Shown piece by piece: positions 51,860-64,000 of a DNA stretch of 64,000 nucleotides (within the stretch, counting starts at the first letter, position 1; each line of letters begins with the position of its first letter). The translations under genes were made by a program, and so were the position numbers. The stretch comes from Cenococcum geophilum (lineage: Eukaryota). The stretch covers positions 5,952,001 to 6,016,000 of the forward strand of contig CP158635.1 of NCBI GenBank assembly GCA_050273025.1. The letters run 5' to 3'. The notes below the pieces were generated by a model. The model saw nothing but the letters and a program-made list of their open reading frames with translations, ran no database searches and was not told where the DNA came from.

Positions 51860-52427
51860 GGTTCGGAGAGTTACGATGTCAACTGCTGAAATTATGGAAG
51901 CGGGACAAGCAATTGAAAATGCGATACAAGAGTATTGAGACGTAGTGAAGCTTTTGGCATGCATGACGACGAGGCACAGATCTGATGCCCGGTGGTTTGA
52001 CAGTAACACCGAGTTAACGCCGATATCCCTTCGTGTGGCAAGAATTCAAGGACTTTTCGTATATGCACGCCTCATAAGCCAATCTAGAGGCTCTATACTG
52101 TATAGAGCTTGGTGTTGAAGCCTCTGGTCAGTGCGATTCTCGGCAGCAAGGGTGCTGGCGCCTCATTGACGCTTGGATATCGAATAACCGCTGGTTAAAC
52201 TGTTCAACCACTTGCAGCACTTAATACACCTTATTTAAAGTATATAGCACGTCCTCCCTATAACCTTAAGCTGGTCCTTTACCGGTTTATCCTTATTGAC
52301 GTTAAGAACGCGTATAAAGCGACTCTAATAGAAGATTTTCCTATATAATCAGCAGCTAGTTAATGGAGGAAGGGTAGAAACCTATTCATAACGTTATATA
52401 TTACGACTTTTTACCCAACTTCCTCAA

Positions 52428-52451
52428 ATATATATATATATATATATATAT
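52428..52451. repeat. (TA)n microsatellite ending a ~250-bp AT-rich, RIP-like island
   Basis: Read directly; 52210-52450 is TpA-rich. Confidence 0.7.
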
Positions 52452-53112
52452 AGGTGTTTTTAGTGGTGGCCTTCTGTAGCATTTCATCGGCATCGCGTTT
52501 TGGTGAGGCTTGCTAATAAAATCACGCTAACTAGGGTGCCTGCAGCATGCTAACCCAGGCAGGAGCCCAATACGAAAAGTCACACTTGCCAGAAGGGATG
52601 TCACTCGCGCAAGTGGTTACCCTTTTTAGGCTTGATTAATCTCTGCAGTATGAAACTCAATTGATTAAGTGCATAACCACTGGACTCACAGTATATGAGA
52701 GTAAATGCACTTTATCCAGCAATTCGTCTACATAGCGCTGAAAATGTACTTTCGGGCGCAGTACCGGAGGTTCCTCCAAGGAGCTCCTCTCAGTCCACCA
52801 CACCAGAAAAAGGCAGGCGGTGATTAGTTATACAATACACCCAAACTAGCTATAGCAGACATTTGATCACATAACCCCCTGAGTATACATCCATGTCTCG
52901 AGGCTTAAGCCAGAACAGATTCGAAGCGTCAGAAAACAAAACTTAAATGCCTGTACAATATCAGTATCAATATTGGCTGTGCTCCATTTGACCGATCCAT
53001 TCGGACTCCTGAGCTACACAGACAGGTGTTTGAATGAGAGCACTAGCGCATCCTGGATTTACTATACCGTGCAAATGTATCGCTGGCTTCGTCAATAATC
53101 ATTCTTTACACC

Positions 53113-53919
53113 TTACTGCTCGTCCCATCTCAGGCCTTGGACCGACCATATCCTCGCCACCCAGCAGGCAACCAATAAATCTCTCCGTGGCCCATCGACA
53201 ACTGTTTGAATCTTAAAGTCCTTCCCCTCCTCTATGGCTACGACGTCGCCCCAATTATCCTTCCATTTCCCTTTCTTGACACAAAACAGCAGGTTTTTAT
53301 TCCACTCATCCTTGGCATGATACCCATACTTATGCATTTTAGCCTCATTTTCTGCCCTTAGCATATCATTGGCAGCGTTCTTCGTCATATGCCAAAATCT
53401 GCAAAATCTGCCTCGAAGCCCCGAGCCTTGCTCAATCTTTATAATGCCACGAAGGGTAGAGTCCCGGAGACCACGCATGTCATAGCTAGATATAGTATAC
53501 ATGGTCCCATCCTCATCATAGCTTATTCGCGGCAGTACCTGTATGTTCGCTGAAGGAAGGGAGTGCGCGCGGGACTCGCTAGGGAGTAAGCGGCGGATAT
53601 GTAATTTAGCAGGCCGTCCAGACTTGGTATACTCTTGATATAGTTGGTATCGGGGACTATTAGAGGTCTTGTTTGCATATATAAGAGGCGCGTGGAGCGT
53701 GAAGCTATTCGCAAGCGCGTCGAGTGGCGCGTAGTCTGGAGGCTCGTCCGATAATACGAAGGATGGCCCTAATGATGAGGGAGTTGTAGCTACTGATCTA
53801 AGTGCATTGCCTTGTGTAGCTGTAGGGGTAAATGGTGCTGATAGAGTACCTGGCTTAGATAGTGTGATGTCATATTCGCTCCCCGGATAATGCGGGGGAA
53901 GGTCGCGATATTGATTCAT
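53113..53919 (-). CDS. Fungal hypothetical protein (268 aa)
   Basis: Uninterrupted ORF from MNQYRDLPPHY with PPxY-like motifs and a C-terminal 'W.D..G.VVA.E...RDLLVACWVARIW' pattern familiar from ascomycete hypothetical proteins. Confidence 0.8.
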   Translation of the reverse strand: MNQYRDLPPHYPGSEYDITLSKPGTLSAPFTPTATQGNALRSVATTPSSLGPSFVLSDEPPDYAPLDALANSFTLHAPLIYANKTSNSPRYQLYQEYTKSGRPAKLHIRRLLPSESRAHSLPSANIQVLPRISYDEDGTMYTISSYDMRGLRDSTLRGIIKIEQGSGLRGRFCRFWHMTKNAANDMLRAENEAKMHKYGYHAKDEWNKNLLFCVKKGKWKDNWGDVVAIEEGKDFKIQTVVDGPRRDLLVACWVARIWSVQGLRWDEQ

Positions 53920-54099
53920 GGTGCTGTGGAGTGAGAAAGGCACCCCAAACAGTCAAATCTGGCTTCGACCGTAAAGCGGAGGCAAAAGGCAGGAGGCATG
54001 ACCCCGCAAAGGTAGATTATGAGGGGTTTTGTAGGAGTATGACCATGCCATTGCCTCCATACAGTCAAGATTTTAGTAGCTAAAGAAAAACTCCACCCC

Positions 54100-54340
54100 A
54101 TAAACTTTTTTAATAAAGTTAATACCTTTTTTAAATATCCTTAATTAAGCCGCTATAAGCTCTATACCTTTAATTTTTATCTTATAGTTAATAAGATAAT
54201 ATAATACTTTATAGAATGCATTTCTAAAACTATTAATATTCTATTAAAACTAATACCTAAAGGCTTTAAAATTTAGGCACTAGCTAATAAGGGCTATATC
54301 CTTAATTAGTTATAGTATACTAAAGGTTATAAAAAAGATA
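54100..54340 (+). mobile_element. RIP-inactivated piggyBac-like transposase fragment
   Basis: De-RIPed reading V(DEMM)..F.(GR)...T.NI(PS)K(P)IP(E)GFKI(W)ALAN.GYIL(DW)L(W)..KG, matching the piggyBac DDD region. Confidence 0.75.
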
Positions 54341-54379
54341 GAATTTATAGAATTTATTATTAAACTAGGACGAATTAGT

Positions 54380-54898
54380 ATAGACCTAAAGAAAGTTAAA
54401 CTTATAGTTAGTTAGTAGGAACTAGAGAACGTTATATAATTAAGATCGTTTCTAGGATTTTATAACTACTATAGAAGGTTTATTATATAATGGTTAAAGA
54501 ATATTAAGCTATTTATAAGGCTTATTAAAAAAATTTAAGCTATAGGTATAGAATGGTAATGTCATGGAAGTAGGCACGAACTAGAATACAATGTACTAAA
54601 CGGGGTAGTAATTGAGAAGGCTACGTACGCGTAACTATGCGTGGTTGATACAAAGACATTTGGATGCAGAAACAGAATAGGTCAGGTCAACGTGGTCAAA
54701 GAAATAGGGGTAGTCGTGGGGCGTAGGTGTTACGAGACGAACGTGCGTGGGTGACTCCCGTGATAGGTAAGTAGAAGAAGCTATTCTAAGAATTTAAAGA
54801 GTTACTTACCTAAGATCTAATCCTTAAAATCCACTAACTAACGCTAGAGATAGTGGTTAAGATAGATATATTAAACTTTATATTAGGAGTATACTTAC
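54380..54898 (+). mobile_element. Gypsy pol relic (RT end/RNase H), split by a solo LTR
   Basis: 'IRSFLGF.NYYRRFI..' at ~54440-54490 and 'F(Q)EFKELLT.D(P)IL...VV.(T)D(AS)(D)F.LG' at ~54780-54898. Confidence 0.75.
54560..54765. mobile_element. Solo LTR (206 bp)
   Basis: TGTCATGG...CCGTGATA termini with 5-bp TSD GGTAA (54555-9/54766-70). Confidence 0.85.
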
Positions 54899-57800
54899 TA
54901 TTAGTTACACAAGGGGGATATCACGTAGCTACGGTTCGTAGATAGTATAATAATTATTATTGTTTTTATTCCAAGAAAGGGGAAGGGTAAGGAACCTAAG
55001 GTTCCTTACCACACTAGTGCCGCAGCAACACGTAACGGCAACTTACCTCACATGACGGCAATTTACCGCATATGGCGGCAATTTACCCTATTCCCAACAC
55101 TAGCAACTCTTCTTTTTATAGTTGCCATCTATAAACACCTATAGATTGCTACTATACAAAAGTATAAAGCTAAGGGGAAGAAGGAAAAGAGGAAGGGTAT
55201 TAGGGGGTTAACGCAAAGACAAATGGGCTACTAAGGCGCTAGTAGTAAGCAAGCTAATGGCGATTTTTTATACCGGGTATAGAAAATCCTAATTAGCTAG
55301 ATTAACAAATGGCGTCAGCAAAACTCTATACCGCCACCCGAATTAATTAGGCACGGCGCTCTTAATAAGAATTTAACTAATTAGACAACTTTAACTAGCT
55401 ATTAAAGTTCTATAAAATTTTAACTTCTTTAAATTTCCCTTTTAACCTAACCTTTAACTTATATACGTAGAGTATTTATATTAATAAATGTCTTTAGTGC
55501 CTTATTTAGGTTTACCTTCGTTATTACATCTACTAGGTTATCTTAGCTATTAATCTATTAAATCTTAAAGAGTTCTTAACACTTATAGGATTACTAAAGT
55601 GCCATAATATCGATTATAAGACGCTTCTCCTTTATAGTGCTAAGCTTAACTAAACACTTATAAAGGGAGTATAAGTCGGTGCACACAATTATAGAAATAG
55701 TAGGAATTTTAAGTTAATCCATAATTATCTTAAGGGTAGTTCTAATTATAATTGCTATATTAACTCCGCTAACTATTCCATATATCTCTAACGCTAGAAC
55801 GCTTTAAGTAACGCGTTTACTCTTAGTTAAGCTCTAATAGATAAGGTTGCCATAGATTATAAAGTTATTCTCTCTAGTAGATTTATTTATAATAATAATC
55901 TTATATCCTAACTAAGAGCTAAAATCTTTATTATTAGTAAACGATCTATTAATAAACACAAAGATCTTAGCGGTGGGGAGATTAATAGGCATATAGAGTA
56001 GCCCTTAGTTAAGATAATTTATCTACTAGGAAAAGCGCTTATTTAAAGCAAAAACGTCATCCTTAGTTAGTTCCTAGTATTAGGCGGCAATAGAGAGATT
56101 AAAGGAAGCCTTAGGTTAATAGATAAAAGTAATATAAGCCCCGCAAGCGCGTTATTCCACATATCCTTATTTTAGAAAATTAACATTAATAACGTTAATC
56201 TTCTTACCTTAACCCTTCTAGCGTAAAGTAATAGAATCCTTATTTATAAAAAGGATACATCTATTAAAGAGTAATAGTATTATTAAATTAAGTCTTTCCT
56301 TTAGCTTTACTATAAGATTTACCTTTACTAGCTTATCTTCTTTAAGAGCTAAGAATTAGTCGTCTCCTAAGATAATTATATTATCAGTTTATATACTAAT
56401 AATTCTAAATAGAGTTCCTGTAGTTATAATAAGGAAGTAGGGATTAAATATAGAAGTAGTTATTAAAAGCTTTTCTTTATAGTGCTTGCTATAAGTAGCC
56501 TATTAATAAGTTCCTGCCTCTACAATTCCGTATAATAGCTTAAGTATAACTATAATCGTGTCTTTAGGATACTAGTGGCGAATTTACTCTAAAAGGTATG
56601 CCAATATTAAGCGCTAAAGGTGCATCTCTAATTAGGTGTAGGCTTAAGTAATATTTTATAAATAAACTGCCATTCTATTCTTTATTAAGGAGGGAGCTAA
56701 TATAATAATAACTCACTAACTAGCTCGTTAAATTATAGGAGATTATATAAGAATTATCTCTTTACTATTATTATTATAACCTTAGATAATAAGCCTTAAT
56801 TTCTTAAATAGGGCGTTAGTAGCTTTGCCCTTAATCTCGTTAACTATTCTTAACTTAAAGATATAAACTCTATTAAACTTAGTAGGGTTATATTTCTTAA
56901 ATTTAAAGACTCCTCTTATAATAAGACCGTCAATCTCCTACTTATCAAATACTTAGAAAGGAGCTCCTAGGGTTATAATACAACCTTCCTTTTAAAGCTA
57001 TTTTACAAGCTTAAAGTTAGCCTTCTCTTTAGCTATTATAAAGGCCATTAATAACTTAACTCTACTCTCTATAGCAGCAACAAATTACTCTTTAAAATTA
57101 ATAAGATATTAGCGATTTTATAATCCCTTTAGGCGACCTCTACCGCGTCATAATTGCGGCACGTCTACTACAATTATATTAGAATTATAGTCGCCTTCTA
57201 GGGCATATTAATCGTGGTTCTCCTCTAGGGCATCTTCTAAAGCATCTTTTAGGGCATCCTGCAAAGGCTTGGAACTATTATCTTTATAGTAGGGCCTAAT
57301 AACGGTTAAACGGAATTAAGTAGGTCTATAGGGCATCTAAAGAGTATAAGTTTAACTATTAATTATAATAAGTTTATATAGGCCTAACCATCCTCCCTTT
57401 TTACGCTATACCCGTACTTTAGATTAGAGTGGTAAATTAAGCATAGTTAAGGTATTTAGGCCATTTCTTATTCCTAGTGCGTTATTAACCTAGTGCGTAG
57501 CGTATAGATATTATACCTCCTTTATTACTTTATAAATAGCCTTAGCTTATTATACAATAGAGGGAGATAGTAGAGAATTATTAGTTATTTAAGGGTAGGC
57601 GTTAAAGACTAGTAATATAGGTATGAGTTTATTTAGGCCAGCGGAATTATTAATAGCTTTAACAGCTATTTATAAGGTAAGTTCTTCGCTAACGTCCTTT
57701 AGTTTTAAAGAGATAATCTTATATACGTAGCGTAATGGTGTATAATATTACTCTACTTTTTTAATACTATTATATGCCTTAATAGGGACTTCCTTAACCT

Positions 57801-59897
57801 TAATTACTATTGCCTTTATTTATTATCGGAACTCTATAAATAAGAAGTTCTTTCCTATATTATAAATAATTTAATTAGGGGGTCCTAGGTAGACATTAAT
57901 CTAGTATAATTAAAGGGTATCCTATACGTTTCTAGCTAATATATCCCTTAAGAAACGTGCGGCTTAGAAGAAGGTTAATAAGTTAATAGCTTAGAGAACT
58001 AGCTTACCGTTAAGATATATAACATTAATAATAATATAGAAGTTAAAGTTATAGTTATCTTTAAGGGTAAACTTAAATCGGCTAGGGGACTTCTAGTTTA
58101 TTTAATAGTAATAGCAATACTTTATAAGATGCTTAATTGCCTTAACCTTAACTTTATAACCTACTTATTAAAAAACCCTAAGTAATTAGTAAACGGATAG
58201 GTGGCTAAAACGATGGTGTAGTTAACGTAGCTCTAACTTAGTTAAGTAATTTTAAGTAACACTCCTTTCTAGTTATTAGAGGAGCAACTAAGGGTAACCC
58301 TACTTACGTATAATAGGCACCTAATTATCTCCCTAAATAAGCATATTCTTAAGGTTATTAAGCTTAATACCTAATTTATTTATATCTTAGATATAGAATA
58401 GGAACGGGGTGTTTGCGGGAATAATATAGAAGGTAATATATCCTAATAGGGTTTAGACCTTAATTATGCTAAGAGAAATTATAGTACCCTTACTAAAGCA
58501 AATTATATATTAGCCTACTATTAATTAGTTAATTTAAATAGAGCTATTAAGCTACTAAAGAGCTTAAACTTAAGGTTCTCCTACTATAGATACTCCTACG
58601 GCTCTAGTATCTAGCATAATACTATAGAAGACGTTCGCTAAGTATCTATTATTAAAGGAGAACGCGGAACTTTCCTTTAGCTTATTAAAGATATCTAACT
58701 TTATAATAAAATAGAACATAGATTGGTTATTAAGAATAGCAATAGTTTATATACCATTTACCTTACTATATTTAGTAAAGTATTAGTTAGGAGAGTAGTC
58801 CTTAATGTCTATATCCATAAGGAGCTATTTAGCCTTATTAACCTTATCCTTAAGGTCTTTTATACCTTTATATTGGACTAAAAAGCTTTAGAAGTAGGCC
58901 GTAGTAATCTTATAATTTCTAACATTTCTTATACTTTATCGGAACTTATTATATACCTCCTTTTACTTATTAAGAGAGTGTCTATTTAACTAGTAATTTA
59001 ACTTCTTATAAATATAGCACTTCTTCTAACAATTGTTCCAAAATAAACCTCTATAAGGACCTCCACGATTACTTTATAGTTAACGTTAATTATACCCTCT
59101 GCCGTATCCCCTACTCTGGCCACTATATATTTAATTAGTCTAGTTATAATTATATTAGTCTAGAATCCCAGTTTAAATAGGGTTTTTGGTATAGAATTAT
59201 TAGGGTTCTTATATTTATATTACAGTGCCTATAGTAGAGCGTAGTTCGGCATATACTCCTTTAAATATATCTATAGGTTTATATAGCGCCAAGTTACACT
59301 TAGAAACGCCATAGTATACTAAAATAACCTAGTCCCTTAGACTGTTCTTATTTTAATAGGTTTTAATAAGTCCGCGTTAGATTTTCTAAAGTTTATTAAA
59401 AAATAGTTAAAGGCACTCTAGGCAAGTCGTTATTAGGTTAAAAGCGATAACTCTTTAGAATATAGTCTCCCGCTATTTAGACATATAGAGTTAGCAGTTT
59501 TTATTAGTTTTAAAGTGGGCTCTAGTAAGCTAAAGCATTATATTAAAGCTATAGTTTTTACCTATAATATAGTCGTAATAGAACGTCACCGCCCGTCCCT
59601 TTAATATAACAGAGAAAGCATAATAGAACTAGTAGCGTTAAATTTTAACCTTATTACAGCAGTTATAAAAGACCTATAGTTTTACTCTAAGTATATTATA
59701 TAATTCTCCTCCAAACTTCTTCTCTTTATCTAAATATACCTTTATTAAATTCGTAACTTCTTAAAATAGAGGCTTATCGGTTAGCTAGGATAAAGGAGTT
59801 AGAGGTAGTAAAGGTAGAGAAAAAGCACCTCTAGGTAGGAGAGCATCTTTAGGTAGGAGAGTAGCGTTCTAGGGGTTTCGTTCCGAATTAAAGTTAC
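54899..59897 (-). mobile_element. RIP-inactivated Ty1/Copia element C1 (3' LTR 54899-55099), interrupted in gag by C2
   Basis: Minus strand: gag, protease (D(T)GA), LH.RFGH, integrase, RT, then RNase H 'IVCTD(S)YSLY(E)CLVKL(GT)TKEKRL(M)IDIMAL' (Copia order). The LTR ends TTCCCAACA with a purine-rich tract adjacent on the minus strand. Confidence 0.9.
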
Positions 59898-62800
59898 TGT
59901 TGGGAATAAGGCAAGCGGTCGTTACGTGTCGTCACGTGTCGCCGCGGCACTAGCGTGGTGAGGAACCTTAGGTTCCTTACCTACCCCCTAATTCTAAACA
60001 ATAAGCTTTATCAACTAACATTTACTGTGTCTACTTGAGTAGCATTGGTGAGTTACCTTATAACACCAACACTAATTAGTGGTTAAATACACAGTCAACT
60101 ATAGAGCAGCTAGGTTATCAATAGAAGAGATAGTCTTATACAGGGGTGCCATATACGCTTATATGGAATGGATCCCAGCAATACTATGCTACCTTAAACT
60201 TGCGGAAAACTAGTAATAGAAGTGTTACTAAGTACTAGGAGATACTAAGTTGTGTCTATTACACAGAACAATTACGTTTATAAAGATTTGGTTAAGTACT
60301 TTAGGTTAAAAGTGTTACTAAACCTAAGGTCTTAAGTTGACGTCTAAAACGCGTCAAACAACATCTTAAATTACCTACCTTTGGACAGTAAACCTACGAG
60401 ATCCTATAAAACCGAAAATCCTACCTACCTTTGACGTATAACACCTCGTTAATTCTACCTACTATAGCGTTAACCTATCTAAAGAAGTACGAGAAAGATA
60501 TTAACCTAGAGATATAGGACAGAGCCGTAACTAACTTTATAACCGCTAAGTAACAGGACCTAAATAGATTCTTAGTATACCGTATGGAATACTATAAAGA
60601 CAGCGAATACGATAATACCGCGCTATAGTATTATATGAAGGAGGATTTTATTAGATAGATAAAGGAAATATAGGTTCCTATAAATAAAGATATTATATAG
60701 GACTTCCGTAACTTCCTTTAGAAGTATAAAGTATTTGTCCCTATAGATAGGGGTAGTATTAGGGACAACATTTAGGAATACGTTATTAATGTAAAGGAAG
60801 AGCATAAATAAACTCTATAAGAGATTAAGCACTAACTACGCACTATAAAGAAGCTTAAATCATAATAAAACCCAAGTAATACACCACTAGAGACACGTTC
60901 TAACTCTATTGCTCTAGGCACGAGTTCTAACATTCTATATCCATCGCCTCTACCTCTATTTTTAACTCCCCTGTATCAACTAGCTTAACCTATAGTCTTA
61001 ATTAATAACCCCTAATAAGCGCAAGATCCCCTTACTTTGCGGTTTAATAACCTTTAAACTCCGCCAACTAGATCTATATTACTATTATAGCCTATAATAT
61101 AATGCAGCTAAATACTAATTGGAGGCACCTTAAAAATGCTTATAGAGCTTATAAAGCTCTATTTAGAATAGGAGAAGAAGTTTGGCGAAGAACTGTATAA
61201 TATCCTTAATTCAAAGTTACGTATTTTCTACGACTGTTGCCAAAAGGTTGGACTAGAACCCAATTAATACCATATTACTTATTTAGTTATGCTTAAGGGC
61301 CGAGCTAGTACCTTCTATTATAATTATTTAGTAGGAAAAGGATATAATTTTAATTAAATAATATATGAAATAAGATGCCACTTTAAAATAGAGGAGAATA
61401 AGCAGTAGTATATATTGGAGTAGAGAGAGACTACCTTTCTAAGAATTATTACTATAAACCTAGGTGCCTCTTAACTTAATTATCTTTAAAAGCTCTTTAA
61501 TTAACTCTAGATAATTTAGCGTGGTTTATCCAAATTATATTAAGAGGACTTTAGCCTATATAATTAAGTTATTAGCGTATACTAAGGTGTTAAAGAATAT
61601 AACCTTACTTTCTTTAACCCTATAAGTACTTACGAAGGAGTATATACTTAATTAAGATCCTCTATTAGCACCGCCCTATACTCTTAAAAAGTATAGCAAT
61701 TTAATACCTAACTCTAACCTACTTTAATTAACCTAGCTAACTAATACGATTATAACTGGACTAATTAAATATATGGTGGTCGTAGTAGGGGATATAGTAG
61801 AGGGTATAATTAACGTTAACTATAAAGCAATCGTGGAGGTCCTTGTGAAGGTTTATTTCGCAATAATTAGCAAAAAAAATGCTATGTTTGTAAGAAGCCA
61901 AATTACTAGTTAACTAGACACCCCCTTAATAGACAAAAGGAGGTATATAATAAGTTTCGCCAGAGCGCATAAAACATTAGAAATTAAGAAGTTATTATAG
62001 CCTACTTTTAAAGCTTCCTAGTTTAATATAAAGGCGAAGAAGATCTTAAGGGTGAGATTAATAAGGCTAAATAGCTCCTTATAGATATAGAAATTGAGGA
62101 CTACTTTCCCAACTAATACTTTACCGAGTATAGTAAGGTAAATAGCGCATAAACCGTTGCTGTCCTTAATAACTAATCTATGCTCTATTCTGTTATAAGG
62201 TTAGATATCTTTAATAAGCTAAAGGAAAGTTCCGCGTTCTTCTTTAACAATAAATACTTAGTAAACGTCTTTTATAGTATTATGCCAGATACTAGAGCCG
62301 CAGGAGTATCTATAGTAGGAAAACCTTAAGTCTAAGCTCTTTAGTAGCTTAATAGTTCTATCTAGATTAACTAATTAATGGTAGGCTAATATATAATTCG
62401 CTTTGGTAAGGGTACTGTAATTTCTTTTAGTATAATTAAGGTCTAAACCCCGTTAGGATATATTACTTTCTATATTATTCCTATAAATACCCTATTCCTA
62501 TTCTGCATCTAAGATATAGATAAATTAGGCGTTAAGCTTAACAACCTTAAAAATATACTTATTTAAGGAGATAATTGGGTGCCCATTATACGCAAGTGGG
62601 GTTACCCTTGGTTGCTCCTTTAATAGCCAGAAAGAAGCGTTACTTAGAGTTACTTAACTAAGTTAGAGCTACGTTAACTACATTATCGTTTTAGCTACCT
62701 ATCCGTTTACCAACTGCTTAGGGTTCTTTAACAAGTAGGTTATAAAGTTAAGGTTAAAGCAATTAAATATCTTATAAAGTACTGCTATTACTGCCAAATG

Positions 62801-64000
62801 AACTAGAAGTCCCCTAGCCAATTTAAGTTTACCCTTAAAGATAACTATAACTTTAACTTCTATATTATTATAGATATTATATATCTTAGCGGCAAGCTAG
62901 TACTCTAAGTTGTTAACTTCTTAACCTCCTTCTAAGCCGCACGCTTTTTAAAAGATATATTAGCTAGGAACGTATAGGATACTCTTTAATTATACTAGAT
63001 TAATATCTACCTAGGACCCCCTAATTAAATTATTTATAATATAGAAAAGAACTTCTTATCTATAGAGTTTTAATAATAGGTAAAGGCAATAATAATTAAG
63101 GTTAAGGAAGTCCCCGTTAAGGTATATAATAGTATTAGAAAGGTAGAACGATACTATACGCTATTACGCCGCGTATATAAGATTATTTCTTTAGAACTAG
63201 AGGGTGCTAGCGAAGAGCTTATCCTATAGATGGCTGTTAAGGCTATTAATAATACCGCTAGCCTAGATGGGCTCGTACCTATATTACTAGTTTTTGGCGC
63301 CTACCCTTAAATAACTAATAATTCTTTACTATCTCCCTCTATTATATAATAAGCTAAGGCGATTTATAAGGCAATAAAGGAGGTGTAACGTCTCTACGCT
63401 ACGTGCTAGGTTAACGACGCACTAGGAATAAGAAATGGCCTAAATACCTTAACTATGCTCGATCTGCCACTCCAATCTAAGGTACGCGTATAGCGTAAAA
63501 AGGGAGGATAGTTAAGCCCATATAAACTTATTGCAATTAATAGTTAGACTTATACTCTTTAGATGCCCTATAGACCTACTTAATTCCGTTTAACTATTAT
63601 TAAGCCTTACTATAAAGATAACAGTTCCGAGCCTTTATAGGATACCCTAGAAGATACCCTAGGAGATACCCTAGAGGAGAACTATAATTAACGTGCCCTA
63701 GAAGGCAACTATAACCCCAATATAACTGTAGTAGATACGCCGCAACTATGACGCGGTAGAGGTTGCCTAAAGGGATTACGAAACCGCTAATACCTTATTA
63801 ATTTTAAAGAGCAACTTATTACCGCCATTAAGAATAGAGTTAAGCTATTAATGGCCTTTATAACAGCTAAAGAGAAGGCTAACTTTAAGCTCGCAAAACA
63901 GCTTTAAAAGGAAGGCCGTATTATAACTTTAGGAGCTCCTTTCCAAGCATCTAATAAGCAGGAGATTAACGGTCTTATTGCAAAAGGAGTCTTTAAGTTT
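59898..64000 (+). mobile_element. RIP-inactivated Ty1/Copia element C2 (5' LTR 59898-60071), runs off the window
   Basis: LTR TGTTGG...CCAACA related to the C1 LTR. gag with CYVCKKPN(CW) at ~61880, protease MPDT(G)AA at ~62282, LH.RF(GH) at ~62680 and integrase. 62100-64000 is the reverse complement of ~56900-58800. Confidence 0.9.

Noticed and set aside
46636..53919. Biosynthetic gene cluster
   Set aside because: No PKS, NRPS or terpene backbone gene, and the neighbouring genes have no evident pathway link.
60090..60360. Possible solo LTR within the Copia C2 leader
   Set aside because: No convincing TG..CA termini with a target duplication were found.
1..64000. tRNA/rRNA/snRNA genes
   Set aside because: No cloverleaf with A/B boxes or conserved rRNA/snRNA signature was recognised by eye; tRNAscan-SE/Infernal would be needed to exclude them.

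Overview
Fungal (filamentous ascomycete-type) genomic DNA with a two-compartment layout. Positions 1-~27000 and ~54100-64000 are AT-rich transposon nests riddled with RIP-type C>T/G>A changes (TpA excess, TAA/TAG in place of Gln/Trp codons). The left nest holds nested Ty3/Gypsy elements, a Ngaro/DIRS-type tyrosine-recombinase retroelement, two TA-flanked MITEs, a solo LTR and a 2.5-kb TIR element made almost entirely of minisatellite arrays. The right nest holds a piggyBac relic, a Gypsy relic, a solo LTR and two oppositely oriented Copia elements. The central ~27 kb is GC-balanced. It carries five apparently intact genes (a fungal hypothetical Cys/His protein, a GFA/Mss4-like protein, a peroxisomal acyl-CoA oxidase, a GT31-like glycosyltransferase and another hypothetical) plus several decayed genes (HET-domain, single-pass membrane protein, possible P450). 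The most unusual signal is a pair of short 'CCAATCAG + 10-bp-arm palindrome' modules shared between unrelated retroelement classes, with an unmutated copy sitting at the RIP boundary. All protein calls come from motif recognition by eye; no searches were run.
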